Positions 54,620 to 64,000 of a stretch of 64,000 nt of DNA are shown piece after piece (position 1 is the stretch's first letter; every line of letters begins with the position of its first letter). The translations under genes and the position numbers were made by a program. Source of the DNA: an uncultured Planctomycetota bacterium (GTDB lineage: Bacteria > Planctomycetota > Planctomycetia > Isosphaerales > Isosphaeraceae); contig CAWJTV010000005.1 of assembly GCA_963845755.1 (NCBI GenBank), positions 736,001 to 800,000 of the forward strand, in the 5' to 3' direction. The notes beneath the pieces were generated by a model. The model worked only from the letters and a program-made list of their open reading frames with translations, did no database searches and was not told the DNA's origin.

Positions 54620-57600
54620 CTATGGACTCGGGTGCCAGTTGTCGCCGATTTCAGCTCGAAGATATACCTCGCGGCGGGTCGGTGAAGTCGCCAGGATTTG
54701 CGCCATCTTGATGAACCCAAGGGGCCGGAGGTCCACGTCGCGGCGGTCTGCGAGCGCGGTCAGCTCGGCGACTAACAACGATTCGGCGTGTTCGGGATCA
54801 ACCAATGCCCAGGCCATGAGCCATCGGTCGCCCGCGAGTCCGGCCGACGGGGCGAAGTCGAGGCTACTCCGGGATTCGATGTCCCAGAGAATCTGTCGCG
54901 CTGCGACCGTGTCGGTCAGGGCCAGGACGGCGGCGGCGGCGATCTCCGAGCGAACCTGAGTTGCGGCGTCGCGGTGCGGGCCCGCGCCTCGGGTCGCCAA
55001 CACATGGGCAATCACACTATCCATGTCCGGATAGCCGGCATTCCGTGAGTGTGCGGCGATCCAGGCGGCCGAGAGAGTCGCGCCGCCAAATCCGTTGAAT
55101 TGCTCTGGATGGTCGAGCGGCCTGAGGGCAGAGTCGATCAGGCTGATAGCCCAGGCTCGGCCCTGATCGCCTGAGGAGGCCGCTTCCGCCAGCCACGCGA
55201 ACGCCTCGGCAGTAATTCCGACAGTGGCTCCTCCTGTCTGCCCTACGGTGTCCCGCGCAAGGTTGGGGTTCCTGGAGGCGACCTTGAAGGCAATCTCCGC
55301 CCTGGTCCGCGGCCTGGCGTCTGATACCGTTTTCATCGCATCGGCCATGGCGAGGGCACGCACCGGGTTGGTCACGGCGATCGCCCGGGCGACATGGGAG
55401 ACGGCAACCTCTCGCTCGTTCGGTTGCTGGATGGGCTCGATCAGCCGCATTGCGCGGTTCAGATCGATTGGTGCGAGCGAACCGGCGACCAGGCCGCGGA
55501 TCGCGGCTCCCTTGCCGTCGATCGCGATTCGGGAGGCCATCGCGACGGACTCCTCGATCAGCGCACGACCGTCATCCTGGCGGCCAAGGCGGACGAGTAG
55601 AGAACCGGCCCGCGCCATCGCGGCGGTCCGTTCGGGGCTCGGATCCAAAGCGCGGGCTCGGATGGCCGCTTCCTCGGCGAATCGCAGGGCCTTGGCCCGA
55701 TCCGAGTTCGCGAACCGATCCGCCAGGTCTTGCAGGAGATTCTGGCCAGGCGCGTCTCGGTCAGTCCGGAGTAGATCGAGCGCCGCCCCACCATCGGTCT
55801 CGGCCAACTGCTCGGCGGCGATGCGCCGGATTGCGTCGTCGTAGCGACCACCGTGCACGGCCGACCACGCCAGGGCCCGCTTCAGATCCAGGCGAGCCAT
55901 GACGAGTATACAGCCGGATGCGCCGTTATTGTCGGCGTCCTGACCGTATCGTTCCCAGAGTCGCGTCACGATTCGATCCGCTATGGTCCGCTGCACCTCG
56001 TATCGGGGCGGCTCGACGGGCTTCCAGGGTGCGAGCGGCGGTTCGTTGTCGCGGACGAGCCGGATCTTGACGTCGCCTGCATTCCCGTCGATCCGAACCC
56101 CCGCGAGCCGGTACGTGGGCACGCTAGCGAAGACGTACTTCCCACCAGGGTAGAGCCCTTCGAGCCGGAACCGGCCCTTCTCGTCGGTCCAGGTGCTGGC
56201 AAGGTCGGGTGCGTCGCCGCGGTTGAATACGGATGCTCTCGCAAAGGGTCGACCGGCGGCGTCCACCACGGTTCCCGACACATAACCGCTCGTATCTTCG
56301 AGCACGATCCGACCGAGGTCCCGCTCCTCCCCGGCCCGGCCGGTGCCCTCGGGCGTTTCGGCTTTACCATAGCCTTCGGCCTCGACCGTCACCTTGAATC
56401 GTTCGCCCGTCCAGAGGGCACGGGTCACGAATCGGCCGGAGGCGTCGGTCGTGTAGACATCCAGCGTCCCTCGCGCTCCGCTGGGCTGGCCCCAGTTGAA
56501 AGCGGGATAGCGGCCCCACCAGAGGGACACCTTGGCACCTTCGATCGGCCCTCCGACCCGGTTCGTCACCATCCCGCGGATGCGCCATGATCGTGCCGGC
56601 TCGATCGTCAGCGTGAGTCGTCCCCTTTGTTCTCGAGGCCGGATTGAGACGTCTGGGTTCGTCGCTGCGGTGTCGGTTCGTGACAGCACGGTGATGTTGT
56701 CGTCGGGGATGAGTTGTTCGAGGCGGAAAGTTCCATCGGGCTGAGTTACGGTCGTTGGGCCTTTCAGCGCCTGCGGAAGATCGTGGGGACTGATTACGAA
56801 AACATTCGCGCCAGGGACCGGACGACCCTGTCCATCCACGGCGATTCCGTCCACCGTCAGGGACCGGGCCAGCTTGAGATCCGGCCATTTCTGATCGCCG
56901 CCAACATTCAGCTTGGGCCAAATGTCGGAGTGGAGGCCGGTATTGGTCTTCGTGTGTCCAGGGACGACCTGGACGAGCCTCGGCGGATGCGGAATGGAGA
57001 CGCGATAACGGCCCTGGGCGTCCGTGCTGGCCCTCGGATGCCATGCACTGTTGTAGGGGTTCTGACCCAGGAGGACGCCAAGGTTCACACCGGCGAGACC
57101 CTGGCCATTCTCCGCGTCGATGACTCGGCCCTCGATCACGGGAAGGCGGCGGACCTTGACTGCCAGGCCGGCGACCGCCGAGCCAGGTGCGACCGTGACT
57201 CCGTAGACGCCCTGGGAATCGTAGGGCCCGTCGAATGGCGTGTCGGCCTGGATGGAATACCGGCCCGGTGGCACGTTGTCGAATTGGAATGATCCGTCCG
57301 CTTCGACGCGGGTCTCTTTGTAGACCCGCAGGGCGTACGAGTTCACCCGCACGTATCCGCCGGAATCCTCGCTGAGGAACACGCGCATTCGACCCTGTGG
57401 GCTGGGCTCGACATTCGGCTCGATTCGCCCGCGGACGCGGCCCAACCTGCTGTCCAGGACGATCTTCATCGGTGCCGTCGTATGCCATCGGAGGGAGGGA
57501 GAGGCGAAGGCAGGCGCCTCGATCGTGACCGTGATCATCGCGTCCTTGGGGATGTGACGAAGCGTGAAGGATCCCTCGCGATCCGTCCTCGCCGCGTGCC

Positions 57601-58423
57601 TCCGAGCGACGTCGCGGCTGAGCGAGATCGTGCCCGACGAGAAGTACGAGTGGCTGAGGGACGTCGGAAGAACCTCGACCCCGACGATCGGACGGCCCAT
57701 CTGGTCGGTCAGGCGACCACCGACCTCTGTGCCCTCCACGACCTCGATCGGATCGGGCGGCGGGCTGTTCCAGTACACGACGGATTGCCAGCCGGTCCAG
57801 CCGGACCGGTCGCGCACGAACAGGCTGACCGAGTAGGGCAACTGCCGCCCCGGACGGTTCCAGAACGCATTGAAGGAGTACCGTCCGTCTGCGTCGGCGA
57901 CCGTCTCGGCGACCGTCTTGCACGTCTCCCCGTCGCCATGGAGGACCCAGACGCGTGCGCCGGCGACTCCCTGGGACTTGTAGACGACCCGTCCGGCGAG
58001 GTCGCCCGGATCCGCGGCCGCGAACGGGATGCCTCCCACGGCCACCAGCCACGATACGCCCAGGAGGGCGAGGGCCTTGGTGGATCGTCGCCGATCCTCG
58101 GAGCGACGCCAGCCGAACGCGGCCCAGATCAGAAGGGCAAGGCCCGTCGCGGTCACGGCGTTGCTGACGACGGAATCGACGAACATCCTCCAGAGGACGT
58201 CCTCCAGGTTCCTGGCCTCTTGACGCACGGTCAGGTAGGGCATGATTCGCAATCCGACCACCGCGGTCAGAATAAGGCCGAGCGCCGTGGCCGTCACCTT
58301 GGAGACCTGGGGATGCCGGCTTCGACCGACCCAGGAGACGTAGAATCCCACGAGTATTACCGAAATGGTCGGTAATTGGGAGAGGATGTTCTGGAACATC
58401 ACGATGCGATCGGTGTTGCGCAT
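54620..58423 (-). CDS. Large membrane-anchored protein with carboxypeptidase-regulatory-like beta-sandwich repeats and a C-terminal helical repeat region
   Basis: Intact 1267 aa; three TM segments plus a signal-like segment; about seven G.V.D..G.P..GA.V...TD..G.F repeats; Ala/Arg-rich helical C-terminus. Confidence 0.88.
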   Translation of the reverse strand: MRNTDRIVMFQNILSQLPTISVILVGFYVSWVGRSRHPQVSKVTATALGLILTAVVGLRIMPYLTVRQEARNLEDVLWRMFVDSVVSNAVTATGLALLIWAAFGWRRSEDRRRSTKALALLGVSWLVAVGGIPFAAADPGDLAGRVVYKSQGVAGARVWVLHGDGETCKTVAETVADADGRYSFNAFWNRPGRQLPYSVSLFVRDRSGWTGWQSVVYWNSPPPDPIEVVEGTEVGGRLTDQMGRPIVGVEVLPTSLSHSYFSSGTISLSRDVARRHAARTDREGSFTLRHIPKDAMITVTIEAPAFASPSLRWHTTAPMKIVLDSRLGRVRGRIEPNVEPSPQGRMRVFLSEDSGGYVRVNSYALRVYKETRVEADGSFQFDNVPPGRYSIQADTPFDGPYDSQGVYGVTVAPGSAVAGLAVKVRRLPVIEGRVIDAENGQGLAGVNLGVLLGQNPYNSAWHPRASTDAQGRYRVSIPHPPRLVQVVPGHTKTNTGLHSDIWPKLNVGGDQKWPDLKLARSLTVDGIAVDGQGRPVPGANVFVISPHDLPQALKGPTTVTQPDGTFRLEQLIPDDNITVLSRTDTAATNPDVSIRPREQRGRLTLTIEPARSWRIRGMVTNRVGGPIEGAKVSLWWGRYPAFNWGQPSGARGTLDVYTTDASGRFVTRALWTGERFKVTVEAEGYGKAETPEGTGRAGEERDLGRIVLEDTSGYVSGTVVDAAGRPFARASVFNRGDAPDLASTWTDEKGRFRLEGLYPGGKYVFASVPTYRLAGVRIDGNAGDVKIRLVRDNEPPLAPWKPVEPPRYEVQRTIADRIVTRLWERYGQDADNNGASGCILVMARLDLKRALAWSAVHGGRYDDAIRRIAAEQLAETDGGAALDLLRTDRDAPGQNLLQDLADRFANSDRAKALRFAEEAAIRARALDPSPERTAAMARAGSLLVRLGRQDDGRALIEESVAMASRIAIDGKGAAIRGLVAGSLAPIDLNRAMRLIEPIQQPNEREVAVSHVARAIAVTNPVRALAMADAMKTVSDARPRTRAEIAFKVASRNPNLARDTVGQTGGATVGITAEAFAWLAEAASSGDQGRAWAISLIDSALRPLDHPEQFNGFGGATLSAAWIAAHSRNAGYPDMDSVIAHVLATRGAGPHRDAATQVRSEIAAAAVLALTDTVAARQILWDIESRSSLDFAPSAGLAGDRWLMAWALVDPEHAESLLVAELTALADRRDVDLRPLGFIKMAQILATSPTRREVYLRAEIGDNWHPSP

Positions 58424-58473
58424 TCAATCGCCGCCCTTCTCAGGATGGATGCCTCGCTCACGTAACGAGGACT

Positions 58474-58725
58474 GCGGCCGCAATTGCAGAGGGATTCCCG
58501 ATTCGAGATTCCGGATTCCAGATGAACAAGGATTCAGGAATCTGGAGTCCGAAATCCGGAATCAAGGTTCCCCCAGATGCGCGCACGGCGCAGGAATCCT
58601 ACCAAGGAAGACTCTGACTTGCCTTGCGGCCGCAATCAAGGACAGATTCCCGATTCGAGATTCCGGATTCCAGAAGGGGAAGGAATCGGGAATCCTCGGT
58701 CGTGCGCACGGCGCAGGGATCCTGC
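58474..58725 (-). repeat. Two tandem composite repeat units (R1 58474-58602, R2 58603-58725), inverted relative to L1/L2
   Basis: On the minus strand: G(T/C)AGGAT(T/C)CCTGCGCCGTGCGC heads, GGAATCCGGAATCTCGAATCGGGAATC heptamers, TTGCGGCCGCA tails; junction AGAGTCTTCCTTGGTAGG matches the left junction AGAGTCGTCCTCCGTAGG. Confidence 0.85.
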
Positions 58726-58769
58726 GAAGAAAGACGCGATGACGCCGGCAAGGAGAATTTGCAGGCTTG

Positions 58770-58840
58770 CACATACTAACCCGAAGCGTCGGGGAGGCTC
58801 TGCGGCCGTTCCCCTCGCTGAAGCTTCGGGTTAGCATGTG
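58770..58840. repeat. REP-like inverted doublet (family C, TAACCCGAAGCG type)
   Basis: CACATACTAACCCGAAGCGTCGGGGAGG ... CCTCGCTGAAGCTTCGGGTTAGCATGTG, imperfect inverted repeat. Confidence 0.8.
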
Positions 58841-58890
58841 GGCCTCCTTCGTCCCGGGGGATACCGCATGGACCGCATCTTTCCATACCT

Positions 58891-61800
58891 TCACTTGATC
58901 GTATCCAGGTAGGCGAGCAGATCCGCCATTGCCGGCACGTCGATCTGCTTCTCCAGGCCCTCGGGCATGTAGGAGAGACCCGTATTGCGCAGCTCCTCGA
59001 TCTGGAGGCGAAGGATGGTCTCCTCGTGACCGTCGGGCTGGCGGATGGTCAGGCTGTTGGCCGTCTCGACAGTGATCATGCCGGTGAGGACGCGCACCGT
59101 TTGTGGTGGCGAGGACGTAGTTGAGGAACTGGGGCAGGACTTCGCGGTTGGGGTCGAGGATGTTGAGCAGCACGGCTTCCAGGCCGCGGTTGCGGATGGC
59201 CGAGAGCTCCGCACCGACCTGCTGGCCGACTCCCTCGAGGCGGTGGCAGGTGGAACACTGCTGCGTGAAGACGGCCTTGCCGCGCGCGGGGTCTCCCTTC
59301 AGAGTGAGCGCTTTCTGGTAGGCGGCGACGACGTCCTGGCGCCGGGCCTGGGCCCCGGCGAAGAGGCGGGCGGCGCGTTCCCGGATCGCCGCGTCAGGGT
59401 AGGACTTCAGCAGATCCAGCCGGGCGGGCTCGACGTCGGCCCGGCCGATCGTGCCCTTCTCAACAGCGTCCAGGAAGGCGACCACCCAAGCCGGCCTCGA
59501 GAAGAAAGCTTCCGCGGCCGTCGCTCGCAACTTGGGGCTCATCTGCCGCCATCCGCGGATCAAGATGTCGGGAACCTGGAGAACGTCAAACTGAGCCAGG
59601 GTCGACACGGCCTCCGTCTGCACGATCAGTGGCTCGCTGGGGGCCAGGAGAGCGGTCAGGATTTCTTGCGCATCAGTCCATGAGGTAAACCGCAACGATC
59701 TCACGGCAGTCGTTCGTGTTACCGCGGATTTCCTGGCATCAACTGCGGTGGCGCGAGCCTCGGCCAGGACTTCATGCAGCAGCGCCTGGACGCGGTCGTT
59801 TCGCTTCTCGGAGAGCCGGGCACGGAATCTGACCGAGTCGGTGTTCAACATCGCCATCACGATCTTGCGGGAGAGGACCTTGTCCGCCGCCAACGGCCCG
59901 TCGAGGACTCGGAGAATCCTGGTCAGGTCGGCCGGCCGGTCGGTGGCGCCGGTCTGCCCGGCCAGCTCGGCCAGGAACGTGCGTCCGTGCCGCGAAGCAC
60001 GGAACCCGGCGTCCTCGGCCAGCCGCTCGAAGACCGCGCCGGTGCAGCCGGTCACGGAGCTGAGGATGGCGAGCCGCATCCAGGGATCGGCCCCATCGCG
60101 AACGGCCAGTGCGATCAATGCCGAGGATGCCCGGGCGGCCGGCAAGGCGCCGAGCGAGAAGGCCAACTGGTAGCGGACCATCGGGTCGGTTTCGTCCACC
60201 ATCTGCAACATCCGCCCCTGAATCGGTTCCGAATCGCGGGCGAACGGCTCGCCCAGTATCAGGGCATGCTCGCGGACGCGCGAGTCGGGGTCGTTCAGCG
60301 CGGCCAGGACATCCGCCGGCTCGATCGCGCGGAGCCCCGCGAGAGACCCGAGTGCGTGAACGCGCGCGATGGGCCGCTTCGACTCGGCGACCAGCCGACG
60401 CAGGGGAACGATCGCCGACCGGTCCTGCCGCTGATAGATGAGGCGCGATGCCGTATCGCGGTGCCAGCCATTGGCGTGCTCCAGCAAGGCGACCAGCTCG
60501 GCCGTCGTCGCCTTGGCGAGCCTGGGAATTCGCGGCGCGTATCCTTCCGGCGCAATGCGCCAGAGCCGTCCCCGATCGGCGCCGCTGGAGACGTCCATGT
60601 GCTTGAGGATCTGCGGAGGCAGGAAGGCCGCGCCCTCGATCAGCTCGCGATACATATCCACGACCCAGAGGCATCCGTCCGGCGCGTTGGCCAACTGCAC
60701 GGGGCGGACGTAGCCGTCGCGCGAGGCGAGGAATTCGCGGCCGACCTCCACGCTCCGGGCCGTCACGAGCACGCCGTGCGGTTCCGGGATGGCACGATGG
60801 ACCAGGTTGTTGGAGACCTCGCCGAGGAACAGGTTCCCGTGGCACTCGGCCGGGAAGGCGTCACCACGATAGACGGTGACCCCGGTCGCGCCGGTGAAGA
60901 ATCCGGCGGGAGAGCCCCCCTCGTCGGAGCCGGGGACGAGGCCCTGACTGCGCAGCCGGGTCCGCAGCGACCTCCAGGGCTCGATCGGGCTGATGCGGTG
61001 CAGCTTCGTGTACTTGCCGGCCGGCGCGACGTTTATCGCGGCCGCCGGTGCGTGGAGATGCGGATTGCGGGCAATGTAGCGACTATCGTACATCACCAGG
61101 TGGAACGGATCACTGTTGCCGCAGACATAAGTCCGACCCCAGTCATCCAGACACATTCCATGCTGGCCGACGCCGCCACTGAGCTCGAAGGTCTCGTCCC
61201 GCGGGTTGAAGAGCAAGCCATATCCCCGGACCGAGACCGACCTGGCCGCTTCGTGATCGGCGCGTCGCACGGAACCGCCGTCGAGGCTGGTCGAGACGTG
61301 GAATCGGTTGTCTAGCCCCCAATGGAACGAATTGAGCATCCCCTCCTGGCCCCGGTCCGTGCCGAACCCGGTGAGCACCACCCGGCGCACGTCGGCCTTG
61401 CCGTCGGCGTTAGTATCCTTCAAGTAAAGGAGATCCGGCGGCGAGCCCACATAGACGCCGCCATCCCAGCAGGCGAGAGAGGTCGCCATCGGCACGTTCT
61501 CGGCGAAGAGCGTGCTCTTGTCGTAGACGCCGCCGCCTCGCGTATCTTCCAGGAGACGGACGCAACCCCGGAGAGTTTGATTCGGGTTGGCACCGGCGTA
61601 CTGGTTGTACTCGGGAAATTCGGCGACGTAGAGCCGGCCATCCTCGTCGAACTCGATGGCCACGGGGCTACGGATGAGCGGTTCGGCGGCGACCAGATCG
61701 ACGCGGAAGCCCGGTCGCGGAACGAGTGCCCGATGCGATTCCGCTGGATCCTTCAATGGGAACCGTGGCAGCTCGCTGCCGTAATCCCTGTCAACGGTGT

Positions 61801-61921
61801 CCCGACCTGCTGAGGACTTCTGACCCGGACCGGATTGTCCCTCCGCACAGGCTGCTAGCGCGACGAGGAGAGCCAAGACCAGGGGACTGGCAACGAACAT
61901 CATTCGACGGCGGACAGTCAT
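58891..61921 (-). CDS. PVC-type heme-binding CxxCH protein (membrane-bound dehydrogenase-like propeller + HEAT + cytochrome c); frameshift near 59097
   Basis: LVAAEPLIRSPVAIEFDEDGRLYV, RPVQLANAPDG.LWVVDMYR, HEAT repeats, CSTCH, ILDPNREV, SYMPEGLE. Confidence 0.93.
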
Positions 61922-62079
61922 GAGGACCTGCCTCTTGGCTCGACAAACCGCGTTGGTATGAGGGCGGGGCGACCGCAAAGGTCGCGATCCGATGATGCCG
62001 GGATCGGGTGACCGGATCAAGAGAGTCGTTCGGGGCGGGACTCCGTCGGAGACCTATTCATAGAGACACCTCTTTCCTG

Positions 62080-62674
62080 TCACGCATCCGGCGTGTCGAG
62101 GATGCCTTGGAGCCGTTCGGCGAGTACCGGCGGCAACTCGGCGAGCCAACTTCGATCGATGAGGCCCACGCCGACCAGATCCCGGAGATGCGTTCGATCC
62201 TTGTCGCGATTCGACAACAACTTCATGTGGACCAAAGCCTTCAGGGTGATGACGAGAAAGCCGGCGGGATCGTCGATCGTGGACAGGTCGGGAGCCGGAA
62301 AGGGGTGCTCGGCGCGGAACCTTTTCCCCAGCAAAGAGCAAGTGGATCGACTCGCTGGGCTTGGCGTCTGGGCCATCGAGGAAAATCGTTACGTCGAGGA
62401 CTTCCCCGCGCACGAAGCCCACATGTTCGAGAACCGCGGTGATCCGCGGTAGGTCTTCGCGCCGAACGAGCAAGTCGATATCGCGCGTATTGCGAACCGC
62501 CCCTTCATCGACGGTCGTCACCCACGAGGCGACGGCATGGCCGCCCACCACCGCGTAGGGGAGGCCGGCCTGATTCAGAGCCGCCGTAGCTCGCAACAAT
62601 CGATCGCGCACCTTGGCCACGGCTCGCTCCATGCGGTCCAGGATTTCCCAGCCCATCGTCACGGTCGAGTTCAT
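62080..62674 (-). CDS. Nucleotidyltransferase-superfamily protein (frameshift near 62317)
   Basis: YAVVGGHAV...RNTRDIDLL motif; C-terminal LVHMKL...RDKDRTHL in the next frame. Confidence 0.8.
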
Positions 62675-62788
62675 GATCCTCCTTGCGATTCCCGAGGGAT
62701 GGGGATGCCTATGCAATACCGCTTATCAGGGTATGGTATCACCCGCGGCACCCACCGCCAACTCAGTCTCGCCTCGGCCGGAAATGGA

Positions 62789-64000
<1,212 letters not shown>

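Noticed and set aside
58562..59100. C-terminal extension of the heme protein through the repeats
   Set aside because: Artefact of the frameshift near 59097; the correct C-terminus (SYMPEGLE...DLLAYL) ends at 58891.
59774..61315. Long alternative ORFs (also 56364..58427 -, 43340..44704 +, 53456..54685 +, 25170..26621 +, 6946..8037 +, 2..643 +)
   Set aside because: Shadow frames overlapping well-supported genes in high-GC DNA; no recognisable motifs.

Overview
High-GC Planctomycetota chromosomal segment (Isosphaeraceae/Singulisphaera-like by gene content: PSD1/PSCyt, DUF1501, DUF4058, DUF1570-like, PVC-type heme protein, TPR Ser/Thr kinase, planctomycete-type REPs). Core genes: csrA, P-II, tRNA-Gly-tig-clpP-clpP, mutT-like, fabI, pxpBAC, an MFP with two RND permeases, queF, SAM hydroxide adenosyltransferase, lepA-lepB-lepB-lptB, asnS. 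There are two IS elements with readable ends: an ISKra4/ISLre2-like element (20347-22089) and an ISAzo13 element (52930-54391). Over a dozen genes, including normally essential ones, carry single-base indels; this points to long-read consensus error rather than real pseudogenes. The most unusual region is about 52.4-58.8 kb: a 1267-aa membrane-anchored repeat protein is bracketed by inverted tandem pairs of a composite heptamer/REP unit, an IS sits in the hairpin loop of one unit, and a truncated stand-alone paralog of the protein's N-terminal domain breaks off next to a palindrome. Other leads are a ~104-nt rod-like leader hairpin before queF, an FHA gene with an in-frame UGA followed by a hairpin, a repressor with an apparently inactive S24 domain, and an uncharacterised 'NRRNAQKSTGP' gene with degenerate internal repeats. 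Family names come from motif recognition only; no database searches were run.
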